Shown: in pieces, positions 1 to 8,165 of the stretch
Numbering within the stretch: position 1 is the first letter of the stretch
Layout: each line of letters starts with the position of its first letter
IMG/VR virus record: IMGVR_UViG_3300028608_000013
Strand: one strand, 5' to 3'
DNA length: 20,000 nt
Source: an uncultured virus (IMG/VR IMGVR_UViG_3300028608_000013)
Taxonomy: Duplodnaviria; Heunggongvirae; Uroviricota; Caudoviricetes
Notes under the pieces: generated by a model
What the model was told of the DNA's origin: nothing
Seen by the model: the letters and a program-made list of their open reading frames with translations, nothing else
Database searches by the model: none
Program-made: the position numbers and the translations under genes

Positions 1-486
1 GGTCATCATTTCCATGTAGTCATAGGTCTGACTGGCTGGGTGATCGTGCGGATCTGCCGGGAACGCGGTAGGAATGGTAGGACCATCCAGTTCTTCCCAG
101 TCTGCAACCCGTGGGGCGTTGACGATATTGGCTACCGTCTCGGCAAACGCTACCTGGTCCAGTACGAAGCCGGCGCCGATGGTGTCGTAGCTAGCCCGCA
201 GTGTATCGCCAGCCACAGGACGCAGGATGATCACCGAACCGAACACGTTACGGTCGTACTTGCTGATGAATCCAACAAACTGGTGAGCGAAGCAGTAGTC
301 GTAACCCAGGATCAAAGGATCGGTAGTACCCTGACGAAACAGCTGGAAGTTACGTGAAAAGAAGGGGGCAGCGCGTGGGATGAATTCCACTCGATCGTTT
401 ACCGTAGAGGTTTTGATGACCTCGTTTGTAATACGGTTGTCGATGCGCTGTTGGAAGGGGTTCCATTGGTAAACAATGCCGGCCAT
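1..486 (-). CDS. Virion structural protein, probably baseplate/tail-associated (only the N-terminal 162 codons are in the window; continues past the left edge)
   Basis: Not in the ORF track because it is truncated. Hand translation gives MAGIVYQWNPFQQRIDNRITNEVIKTSTVNDRVEFIPRAAPFFSRNF...LILGYDYCFAH..., open to base 1. AGGAG SD lies upstream of ATG 486. The N-x-I-x-x-E...P-x-x-APFF...G-x-DY pattern resembles the N-termini of phiKZ-family structural paralogs (from recall). Confidence 0.75.
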   Translation of the reverse strand, partial: MAGIVYQWNPFQQRIDNRITNEVIKTSTVNDRVEFIPRAAPFFSRNFQLFRQGTTDPLILGYDYCFAHQFVGFISKYDRNVFGSVIILRPVAGDTLRASYDTIGAGFVLDQVAFAETVANIVNAPRVADWEELDGPTIPTAFPADPHDHPASQTYDYMEMMT

Positions 487-515
487 TTCATAACTCCTGG
501 GGACGTAAAAAGGGC

Positions 516-587
516 ATCTTATGACCTGCCCCACATAGTGATACCGGCCTCTACAGTAGCCTGTAGAGGCTAGTTTTTTCATAGAAT
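516..587. promoter_or_regulatory. Putative late (nvRNAP, TATG-type) promoters for the two divergent structural genes
   Basis: ATCTTATG on + (TATG 520-523) and ATTCTATG on - (TATG 583-580). TATG is the known phiKZ late promoter core, but the motif is short. Confidence 0.4.
547..579 (+). terminator. Stem-loop with T-tract in the divergent intergenic region
   Basis: GCCTCTACAG-TAGC-CTGTAGAGGC (10-bp perfect stem) followed by TAGTTTTTT. Confidence 0.55.
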
Positions 588-605
588 CGCAAGGAGTCTA
601 GCCCC

Positions 606-1844
606 ATGTATACGTATAAACGGGCGGTCGGGATCAACCGACTGGTGCCCAGAGGAGAAGAACTTTTAGACATCAGTGCTATTCAAACCAAGGACCTTTT
701 TACCAAGTTTGATAATCTGATCATCGTGATTTACGACGAGATGACTTTCCAGGAGGTTGCGCTGGATGCGTCGTACTACCAGAATCAACTGACTTCCTTC
801 ACCGGAGTGATTCAGGCTTGGTTGACCTCTAAAGCCAGTGTCCCACTGATCACTTCGAACAAGCTACCCGGTACCGAATACCGTTACGTCACTTCGCATG
901 ACATCCAGTACAAGTGGTTCTCCCTGTTGCCAGGCGATGCCAGCAAGGGTGACGATCATCAGGACCTGCTGACTGTTCACAATGCGGACGACATCCGGGT
1001 AACCAAGACCGATGGTTCGGCTGTTGAATACGACAAGCTGGTTGAGCGTTCCCTGTGGACTGTTAACAACCATTTGGTGCGTGCTGTTGAAGGTACTGAC
1101 TGCATCTACTTGCTGGGTGCCGGTAAACACTTCCGCATCAGCGATAACCTGCACGTCAACAGCTTGAACTTCAACACGGTGTCGAACCTGAAGTGCTATC
1201 CAATCACCGACGACATGCTGCAACTGGAAACCTTCGACACTTACCGCTTCCTGCACGTCACCTCTCCAGTCTCTCTGGTAGGTAAGACAGTGTGGGCGTC
1301 TATTGGTGGTCGTCTGTACCTCAATGACGTCCTCCAAGTGCGTGGGGATAACTCCGTAGCCGTTAACACGGAGATGGTCGACTGGTTCTCCCGGATCTTC
1401 GACTCCAAGGACTACATCGATCTGGAATCGATTATCGACAAAGAGCGCAAAGTAGTTCCGGATGACTTCTTCAATACTGAAGAGTTCTTCTCCAAGCTTC
1501 TGACCGACCAGTCAAGCTTCTTGATTGTGTTGGACAACCCGCATCTCTACGTAGAGACTAAACCACTGGTAGTTTACCAGTATCCATTCACGTACCACAC
1601 CGAAGAAACCCGACCGCTCCCTTTCCTCACCGGCGGTGGGCTCTTTCCCAAGTACTGGACCCGCAAGATTATCAACAGGAGACTGCTTGACCTAGACATT
1701 GGTACTCAACGGAAATACGTCAACGAAACTACCGGGCCCTATAACGAAGGTCATGTCTTCCACGGGTATACCAACCGGTTTAAACCGAGTGCTCTACACA
1801 CAGGGTATCTTCTTTATATACGTGGTCTGATTCAAGAGGACTAA
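606..1844 (+). CDS. Probable virion structural protein (size and context similar to phiKZ gp130-like proteins)
   Basis: 412-aa ORF with AAGGAG SD and codon usage like the other core genes. Function is inferred from context only. Confidence 0.6.
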   Translation: MYTYKRAVGINRLVPRGEELLDISAIQTKDLFTKFDNLIIVIYDEMTFQEVALDASYYQNQLTSFTGVIQAWLTSKASVPLITSNKLPGTEYRYVTSHDIQYKWFSLLPGDASKGDDHQDLLTVHNADDIRVTKTDGSAVEYDKLVERSLWTVNNHLVRAVEGTDCIYLLGAGKHFRISDNLHVNSLNFNTVSNLKCYPITDDMLQLETFDTYRFLHVTSPVSLVGKTVWASIGGRLYLNDVLQVRGDNSVAVNTEMVDWFSRIFDSKDYIDLESIIDKERKVVPDDFFNTEEFFSKLLTDQSSFLIVLDNPHLYVETKPLVVYQYPFTYHTEETRPLPFLTGGGLFPKYWTRKIINRRLLDLDIGTQRKYVNETTGPYNEGHVFHGYTNRFKPSALHTGYLLYIRGLIQED

Positions 1845-1848
1845 CCAC

Positions 1849-2400
1849 ATGGGTGCGGAGATCAAAGATATGTTCTTCACGGATAAGTTACGCAGTATCG
1901 TCACGATGTTGTTCATGGCGATCATCGTCGTTCTGATTGCAGGTAGCTGGGCATTCCCTCGCCAGACTTCCAGCAATCTCGACGAGAAGTCACTTAACAC
2001 TCTCCAGGAAGTCAGCAAGCAGCTTAAAAGTGCGGCTGACAATTTCGAACGGCAAGCCAGCGAGTCGGCGCTGCTCAGGGAGTCCTTGAACCGAACTCTT
2101 GATATGCAAAAAGGTGAACGCGATGATGTTTACGGAAAAATGCTTCAACGGTACGGGTACGATCCTACCAACCTGGAAGCTCCCGGCGCTGGTTACTCAG
2201 GTGCTGCTGCTCCTCCTTCTACCGTTATTAATGTTGGGGTGCTCCCATCAGACGACGGTAAGCGAAGCGTCAACATATCTACAAGCTCAAGCAATCCAGG
2301 TGGAGATCGACAGCTACCGAATGCAGCTGGAAAGAACCAGGGCGGATCTAACGGCAGTCCTACCCCAGTTCCGGCAGGTGGACCCGACTCCCCCCATTAG
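1849..2400 (+). CDS. Inner-membrane spanin (Rz-like)
   Basis: N-terminal TM (IVTMLFMAIIVVLIAGSWAF), then a predicted coiled-coil helix, then a G/S/P-rich tail where it overlaps a lipoprotein ORF in the +1 frame. GAGGA SD. Confidence 0.75.
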   Translation: MGAEIKDMFFTDKLRSIVTMLFMAIIVVLIAGSWAFPRQTSSNLDEKSLNTLQEVSKQLKSAADNFERQASESALLRESLNRTLDMQKGERDDVYGKMLQRYGYDPTNLEAPGAGYSGAAAPPSTVINVGVLPSDDGKRSVNISTSSSNPGGDRQLPNAAGKNQGGSNGSPTPVPAGGPDSPH

Positions 2401-2704
2401 TCTTGCAGCGCCCTTGGCAGCCTTTCTTGAAGATAACGATTGCCTTAAGGCAACCGACAAGAAGTATTGTTACCAGATGACTGTCACCCAACTAATCTTG
2501 ACTACACAAAAGTTGGATAAACAGAACCTGGATAACTGGGCTGCCAAACAAACGATTGCGCAGTTGGTTTCGAATATTGACTTTATTATCTCCGGGCTGG
2601 AGAAAAAGAGTGACTCCCTGAAACCCGAAGGGGTAAAGGCTGCTATTCAGAAAGCTATCGCGCCGTCTCCCCCTCCTCCTATACAGGGATCTCCCCCTGG
2701 GTAG
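2123..2704 (+). CDS. Outer-membrane spanin lipoprotein (Rz1-like), overlapping the i-spanin
   Basis: Hydrophobic run VLLLLLLPLL followed by lipobox MLG-C. Likely start is ATG 2123 or 2126 after AAGGTGA. It overlaps the last ~278 nt of the i-spanin, the classic overlapped two-component spanin layout. Confidence 0.75.
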   Translation: MMFTEKCFNGTGTILPTWKLPALVTQVLLLLLLPLLMLGCSHQTTVSEASTYLQAQAIQVEIDSYRMQLERTRADLTAVLPQFRQVDPTPPISLAAPLAAFLEDNDCLKATDKKYCYQMTVTQLILTTQKLDKQNLDNWAAKQTIAQLVSNIDFIISGLEKKSDSLKPEGVKAAIQKAIAPSPPPPIQGSPPG

Positions 2705-2777
2705 CATAACCGTAGCACCGCAGTTGCGCAGCGACACTGGAAGTAATGGGTAGTAATGGGATGTAAATGCGTAATAG

Positions 2778-2811
2778 CCTAACCAGGAGCCTTTGCGGGC
2801 TCCTGGTTAGG
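2778..2811. terminator. Stem-loop between convergent genes (likely bidirectional terminator)
   Basis: CCTAACCAGGAGCC-TTTGCG-GGCTCCTGGTTAGG, a 14-bp perfect stem. Confidence 0.8.
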
Positions 2812-2826
2812 TATATGTTTGCTTTG

Positions 2827-3330
2827 TCAGTATTGCGGGGGTACAGGTCCAGCGGGTGGAGCAGGTGGCGGTGTTTCCGGTCTGGTAACATCAGTAGACC
2901 GACGGTTATCTGGGTTAGCGACAAACCCAGACATGGCGTTCTTCAGACGATCGCTCACACCACGTACTTGCATGATGGTAGAGATAGTCTTGCTGGAGTT
3001 CATAAACGTCCATGCCACCACAATAGGACCGATGTTTGCAATGAACATTGTGGTCTCGGAAGGCCACCCTGTTCCACCGGTTACCGACATGTAAGTGGTG
3101 TAGGCGTTTACAAGTGCAATGATGCATGTAGTCATTGCCGCTGCGATGCCACCAGCGTTACGCAACAGTACAGACCACATACCGAAGACTTCACGCTCAA
3201 TCCCGCCGGTAGCTTGTGCACGTGCCGCCTTCTTGGGCTCTACAACCCCCGTAGGAGCTGTTTGCTCATCCAACGTCAACTCTGGGCCACCTTTGTCATT
3301 CAAAGCGGCCGTAGGCTCCTGAGCGGTCAT
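2827..3330 (-). CDS. Two-TM membrane protein, holin candidate
   Basis: Two hydrophobic segments (GGIAAAMTTCIIALVNAY; TTMFIANIGPIVVAWTFM) and a Pro-rich C-tail. ATG 3330 overlaps the upstream TGA (ATGA), with GGAG 7 nt upstream. Converges on the spanins. Confidence 0.55.
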   Translation of the reverse strand: MTAQEPTAALNDKGGPELTLDEQTAPTGVVEPKKAARAQATGGIEREVFGMWSVLLRNAGGIAAAMTTCIIALVNAYTTYMSVTGGTGWPSETTMFIANIGPIVVAWTFMNSSKTISTIMQVRGVSDRLKNAMSGFVANPDNRRSTDVTRPETPPPAPPAGPVPPQY

Positions 3331-3914
3331 TTCCATACTCCAAAGTTCTTGGCAATCTGGATCGCACGGTAGAGGGTAACAGCACCAGCATCGATGGTGT
3401 GCTCATCCGCTAAGGTAAGATCAATGCCATTCCAGTCCAACAGAGGGAATTCCAGCAACCCTTTGCGGACGTCTTCCTTTTGGGTACCCTTGAAGTTGGC
3501 ACCCACAACACCTTTGGCCAAGTTGGGCAGTACCATGCTGACATGGATACCTCGCTCAATATAGCCACCTGTCAGCAGACCTACAAACTGAATCAACTGC
3601 TTGAAGGTTAATGCCGACATCCCCAGGAAGTTATCTTCACAGATGGCGGTGTCTGGTTGGAAAATGTCAATCAGGGTATTGTTAGCGCGCGCCAATCCAT
3701 AGCTGCGGGCCAGGACACTCGTACCAGCAGTGTCGTCGTATTGCACGGGAATATCGTAGATGACCTTGTCGCCATAAATCGTGTTCGCATACTGCAACTT
3801 AAAAGGGGCAGGCTTGGCGATGTTGACATCTACGATAAACGCCCCCATGTTGGTAGTGGACGGGTCGTTTCCTTGGACCCGTACCACATCGGGGGACTTT
3901 ACGTCCTCAGGCAT
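3327..3914 (-). CDS. ruvC: RuvC-like Holliday junction resolvase
   Basis: RNase H-fold catalytic motifs: GNDPSTTNMG (cf. GIDPG), AICEDNF (catalytic Glu), KGTQKEDV, DEHTIDA (C-terminal acidic pair). Confidence 0.85.
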   Translation of the reverse strand: MPEDVKSPDVVRVQGNDPSTTNMGAFIVDVNIAKPAPFKLQYANTIYGDKVIYDIPVQYDDTAGTSVLARSYGLARANNTLIDIFQPDTAICEDNFLGMSALTFKQLIQFVGLLTGGYIERGIHVSMVLPNLAKGVVGANFKGTQKEDVRKGLLEFPLLDWNGIDLTLADEHTIDAGAVTLYRAIQIAKNFGVWK

Positions 3915-4516
3915 ATGAATCCTTTTTGTTCGCCGTGCAGAATCTCGATAACAGCCACCATTGGTGACGGATCCATCGGAAACTCTGCTGGCGCATCTTC
4001 GCTTGGACCTTTGTACACCAGTCGGAACCCACCCGTGCAGTTCGCACCCAGTGTGCCGGAAACCCAGCCACCCAGGAATTGATACGCATTGAGCAGGGTC
4101 TTCAGATCAAAGGCTGCATTGTTGTCGGTGCCTGTAGTAGGGTAAGTTGCACCCACACCCAGTTCGTCGAGGAACTGGATCTCTACCGCAGAACCCAGCA
4201 CAATGACCGGACCCATCAGCTCAACCAATGGGGTCTCGCTTACCAGGGGGTTGCCCAGGCTCAGTACTTCAGGCTCAGCAATAACCTTCAGTGCGGAGGC
4301 CTTGTTAACGAGGCTTGCAACCACTTCACCGGTTTCAGGATCGATCAAATCAATTTGCAGAATGAGATCGCTGTTCCAGAAGGTTTGAGTCTTCGTGAAC
4401 TGATCCGCGTCTACAGTCGTCTGATAGAATCCGTTCGCCAGTGTAATTGCCTCGTCACTGGTCATGCCCAGAGTCAACGGTACATGCGCCCACTTAAGGA
4501 ATTCAGGAAACTCCAT
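3899..4516 (-). CDS. Hypothetical protein (205 aa)
   Basis: GGGAG SD; lies in the operon between a structural gene and ruvC, overlapping ruvC by 16 nt. Confidence 0.75.
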   Translation of the reverse strand: MEFPEFLKWAHVPLTLGMTSDEAITLANGFYQTTVDADQFTKTQTFWNSDLILQIDLIDPETGEVVASLVNKASALKVIAEPEVLSLGNPLVSETPLVELMGPVIVLGSAVEIQFLDELGVGATYPTTGTDNNAAFDLKTLLNAYQFLGGWVSGTLGANCTGGFRLVYKGPSEDAPAEFPMDPSPMVAVIEILHGEQKGFICLRT

Positions 4517-4528
4517 GATGTGGCTCCC

Positions 4529-5458
4529 TTAAACGCCGGTGGTGGCGTTGGTGTGGATCAGCATAGGTTCGCTGGCACCGTGGTCGAAGGCGTACTGGAG
4601 GCGCACGTTGTTCAGCGAGGAACGCGCATCACGCTCGGTGACGTAGTGAGCATACACAGCGCTCAGTACTTCGTCGTAACGGATGGTAGCGCCCTGACCG
4701 ATAGAGCCGTCGGCCTTGGTATCAACACCGTAAGCAATACCCACTTCGTTTGGAGCAGCCAGGCTGGCGTCGCCAAACTTAACGCGGCAGGCGTTTTCCA
4801 TTTCACGCAGGTCGGTTTGATCCAACGAGCAGTCCAGGATAGCCGAGTTGTTCATGTACTGGTTGCTGATCGGCACGGAACCGTTGCTGGTGAAGTCCAC
4901 AGGCTGTGGATTGAACAGGTCATCCTTGATCGGGATGTACGGAACCGGATCTTCGTTGTTGTCTTCATCACGGGTGATGACCAACACTTGTGGGTTGTAG
5001 TTGGCGAAACTGATCAGCTTCAGCCAGTAGAAGGCGTAGGCCACGCCATTGACGTCTTCAACGGTGCGCATGCGGTACTTCGCACGGTTAATGTTGTTGA
5101 GGTCAGCATCCACTGGACGGCAGATGAACGGGATCGGTACGAACAGGTTACCGTCTTTCGGCTGGTGCTGGTTGACCTTCAGCAGGGTAGTACCCAGTGG
5201 GGTCGTACCGATCGCATCAGAACCGCGGATACCGAGACCGAAGTATTTCAGGGTGAAGTCATCACCGTTCTTTACGCCGATGGACTCCGCCGCCAGGATG
5301 TTGTGGAACTCGTTGAGGGTGGTCCACTGCGGCAGGAGGAAGTTCTGTTTGGTGTTGGAACATTTTGCAATCAGCCCACCCCAGGCTGTGTTCGTCACCG
5401 ACTGGGTAGGAACCTCAGAGCGGTTCTGGTCTTGAAGTTCGGTTGCAGAAAGAGCCAT
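4529..5458 (-). CDS. Virion structural protein (phiKZ gp139-like, probably baseplate)
   Basis: Motifs LKYFGLGIRG, HQPKDGNLFVPIPFICRP, KYRMR and YAFYWLK resemble this conserved jumbo-phage family (from recall). Strong codon bias. ATG 5458 is preferred over TTG 5464. Confidence 0.7.
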   Translation of the reverse strand: MALSATELQDQNRSEVPTQSVTNTAWGGLIAKCSNTKQNFLLPQWTTLNEFHNILAAESIGVKNGDDFTLKYFGLGIRGSDAIGTTPLGTTLLKVNQHQPKDGNLFVPIPFICRPVDADLNNINRAKYRMRTVEDVNGVAYAFYWLKLISFANYNPQVLVITRDEDNNEDPVPYIPIKDDLFNPQPVDFTSNGSVPISNQYMNNSAILDCSLDQTDLREMENACRVKFGDASLAAPNEVGIAYGVDTKADGSIGQGATIRYDEVLSAVYAHYVTERDARSSLNNVRLQYAFDHGASEPMLIHTNATTGV

Positions 5459-5470
5459 AATCAAAAATCC

Positions 5471-5872
5471 CTATAGTCGGGTTATGCGGAAACTGTTTTT
5501 AAAGCGCATAGAATCTGGGGCTAAGGTAACCACCACTGCACTTTTTTCCAGGGTTAAATAACGGATGTCAAGGGCCAGGAGACGATGGCCGGTAAAACGA
5601 TACACCCAGTCAGCAATGAAATCTTTACTGGGGTTACTCTCCAGCTGCAGCCGGTACTCTTTGGGGATGTCCAACGCACGGTGAGCGGTTAAACCACCCA
5701 TGTCCGTGCGCGGGTAGACATACACCTGACCAGCCTTGCCGTCATTGACATAGAACACAGGATCGCCATTGGGCTGTACCTGAGCAAATGTCAGGCTAAC
5801 CGAATCACGGTCCTTTATCCTTTTGTCTTCACAGTAGCGCTGTTTGACCAACGCCAAGACTTTATTGTCCAA
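5471..5872 (-). CDS. Hypothetical, likely structural protein (133 aa)
   Basis: TTG start with GAGGA SD 7 nt upstream; tightly packed in the operon. Confidence 0.7.
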   Translation of the reverse strand: MDNKVLALVKQRYCEDKRIKDRDSVSLTFAQVQPNGDPVFYVNDGKAGQVYVYPRTDMGGLTAHRALDIPKEYRLQLESNPSKDFIADWVYRFTGHRLLALDIRYLTLEKSAVVVTLAPDSMRFKNSFRITRL

Positions 5873-5882
5873 GGTGTTGTCC

Positions 5883-8144
5883 TCAGTTATCGGTGTCGGT
5901 GACGCCGTAGAAGGTAGGTGGAACGAGCAGCGGTGCGATTGCTTCCGGCAAGAGTTCCCCGTAGTAAGTCACTGGGATCTCGTACGCGTCTTCAGGCTCC
6001 AACTCCCCGTAGTAAGTTCCAGGGATAACCTTCGGATCGAGCGCACCATCAGGCAGGATGCGGAAGTAGCTGTTGTCATACAGCTTCAGCGCATTTTGTC
6101 GCAGGTCATTACTCAGGTTAACCGACTTGAAGATGTCGTGCGTGATGATCTTGATACTCATCTCGCTGTCAGCTACCAACACCGGATCAGGGTTGCTAAT
6201 GATCGGGGTATTGACTTCCAGGGCATGGATGGTGTCCATGTTGGAATGCTGGGTAATCATGACGTTGGTGAAATCGCCATAGCTACCATTACCGAGGCCC
6301 ACCCAACGGGAATCACCGATGAAGGTCTCGTTGACCAATTCCACCCCATCAGTACCGTCATTGATGTTCTTCACGATATGGATCGTGTAGGACGACAACT
6401 CAGACATGATGTCAATCAGATCACTCTGCTTAACCCGTGTCGACGGCGTTTGGTTGGTATCCCACCCGGTTACCCGCTTAAAGATATCCCAGGAGAAGTT
6501 ACGCGCTTCAGCGGCGGTGTAGTCAGTGAAGTCCAACTCGTAGTTTTTAAGCAGCGAGTCGTAATCCACGTAGTTGGTCAGCTTGACAATACCCGAAGTG
6601 TACATCAGCTTGCAGCTGTTCTTCACCCTTGCCCGTTTGTTCAGGTCATAGAACTGACTGTAAAGCTTCTTGTGGTTCCACATCGCCCGGTAGACTTCCG
6701 TGGAGTACTGGATCAGATAATCCGGTGCCACGAAGGACGTTGTAGGGATCCACAGCTTCTGGATGTCAGCGGCAACATAGGGACGGATGAAATCGGGACC
6801 GCCGATCTCAATGATCTCCTCAATGGTCGGTGGCTTGAGTTTCATCACGTTCTGGTAATAGGCCGGTTCGATCACCAGGGGATCATTACCCTTGGCGTAC
6901 TCTACCAGGTATTTCCAGATGTAGAAGGCATCACCCACGGGCAGTCGGTACTGCTTACCGCTCTTGGGGTCTACCGTAATCACCTTGCCGTTGTAGACCT
7001 TCTTGCCTGCCAGATAGATCCACTCGTTGTACACCGTCTTCATCAATGTATCGATGTGTTTGTTGGTGTAGTCCATCATGGACGATTCAAGCGCCTTAGT
7101 TGGCAGCTCCGAGTGCAGACTGTACTTACCCTTGACCAGGGCATCATCTAGGTAGAAATCAGTCTGGTCGTAGTTATCCTTAGCCATGATCTGTTGCTTG
7201 TTGATCATAGCCAGGGTGTCGATAAACGTGGCGGTGCGACCGTAGGTCTCTACCAGGTTCATCTGCATACGACGATACAGCGGTGTAGGCGTCAGGTCTT
7301 CAAGCTGATTTTCGGTCGAGCTGACCACGTCGAATCGCGCCAGCGGAATGCGGGCAGGGGTCAACAGGTTCTTCATCAGCTTGTCAAACGTATACTGCTG
7401 ACCTGGGTTATTGCGAACCCAAGCAATGTTACGAAACAACCACATCGTTTGCGTACGGGTCAAACTCGCCTTGTACTGCGAGAAGTCGCCGTAGGAATCG
7501 ATGTGACTCCAGATAAAGAACTCATGGGTATGCCGCGTGTAACAGTCTTCCAGGCGAATCGAATGGACCGCCCCGATAAGCATGGCGTACAGCTTTTCGA
7601 GCATCCACGGTAGAAACAAGTCATCCGTGGTGACGTAGTCTGACTCGAACGATTGCTTAACATCGCTGAGAACAAACTGCTGCAATTTGGGGATCAGTTG
7701 TTCCTCGTTCCAGAGCACTAGATTCTTATTGTAGCGCAGAATCTTATAGTCTTTGGCCGCGATGGTTTCAGAGTACGGGATCGGTGACAGTATGCCGTTA
7801 ATCAACGCAGTCTGTCCCGGGTAGTCTTCCGCTAGACGGTTAAACCAATACCCGCCCCTGCTGTACTCCCGGTTTGTTGCGAGGTGCAACTTCAGATTAT
7901 CTTTGTTGAAAACAATCCGTTCACCAGTATCAATGGAGTTGATCCACATCACTGTATCAGTGTCGTGGTAGTCCCCATTGAGGTTCATGTAATAACGCCA
8001 CGTCGTTTTGTCCGAGGCGACGGAATACCCAGCTTGTGTCAACACTAGGTTATCTCGTTCGGCCAAGGCCTCGATTTTGATAACCATGGTGCGAACTAGG
8101 CTGAAAGTGTCCGTGTGATACTTATCCAGATCGACACTATTCAT
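5883..8144 (-). CDS. Virion structural protein (phiKZ gp128-like, baseplate wedge-type candidate)
   Basis: 753 aa; N-terminal TWRYYMNLNGDYH...M.I.SIDT.E.I.F motif; divergent from the portal gene, as recalled for phiKZ-like phages. Confidence 0.7.
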   Translation of the reverse strand: MNSVDLDKYHTDTFSLVRTMVIKIEALAERDNLVLTQAGYSVASDKTTWRYYMNLNGDYHDTDTVMWINSIDTGERIVFNKDNLKLHLATNREYSRGGYWFNRLAEDYPGQTALINGILSPIPYSETIAAKDYKILRYNKNLVLWNEEQLIPKLQQFVLSDVKQSFESDYVTTDDLFLPWMLEKLYAMLIGAVHSIRLEDCYTRHTHEFFIWSHIDSYGDFSQYKASLTRTQTMWLFRNIAWVRNNPGQQYTFDKLMKNLLTPARIPLARFDVVSSTENQLEDLTPTPLYRRMQMNLVETYGRTATFIDTLAMINKQQIMAKDNYDQTDFYLDDALVKGKYSLHSELPTKALESSMMDYTNKHIDTLMKTVYNEWIYLAGKKVYNGKVITVDPKSGKQYRLPVGDAFYIWKYLVEYAKGNDPLVIEPAYYQNVMKLKPPTIEEIIEIGGPDFIRPYVAADIQKLWIPTTSFVAPDYLIQYSTEVYRAMWNHKKLYSQFYDLNKRARVKNSCKLMYTSGIVKLTNYVDYDSLLKNYELDFTDYTAAEARNFSWDIFKRVTGWDTNQTPSTRVKQSDLIDIMSELSSYTIHIVKNINDGTDGVELVNETFIGDSRWVGLGNGSYGDFTNVMITQHSNMDTIHALEVNTPIISNPDPVLVADSEMSIKIITHDIFKSVNLSNDLRQNALKLYDNSYFRILPDGALDPKVIPGTYYGELEPEDAYEIPVTYYGELLPEAIAPLLVPPTFYGVTDTDN
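5895..6030 (-). repeat. Three C-terminal [IV]P-x-T-[YF]YG-[EV] peptide repeats
   Basis: IPGTYYGELEPE / IPVTYYGELLPE / VPPTFYGVTDTD. The nucleotide core CCCCGTAGTAAG (+ strand) occurs at 5957-5968 and 6005-6016. Confidence 0.9.
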
Positions 8145-8165
8145 AGTTTAACTCGTGAGGTTTAT

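Noticed and set aside
40..357. 105-aa + strand ORF
   Set aside because: Shadow of the truncated minus-strand gene at 1..486.
3328..3336. Met-Glu-Met as a holin/antiholin dual start
   Set aside because: GGAG is only 1 nt from the first ATG but 7 nt from the second, which also forms the ATGA overlap; there is no basic residue as in lambda S107.
4079..5476. 465-aa + strand ORF
   Set aside because: Antisense shadow of two codon-biased minus-strand genes; no SD and atypical composition.
5844..7613. 435-aa and 139-aa + strand ORFs
   Set aside because: Antisense to the 753-aa structural gene.
8115..8165. GTG start for the portal at 8115
   Set aside because: It overlaps the divergent gene, whereas ATG 8166 has a well-spaced GAGG.
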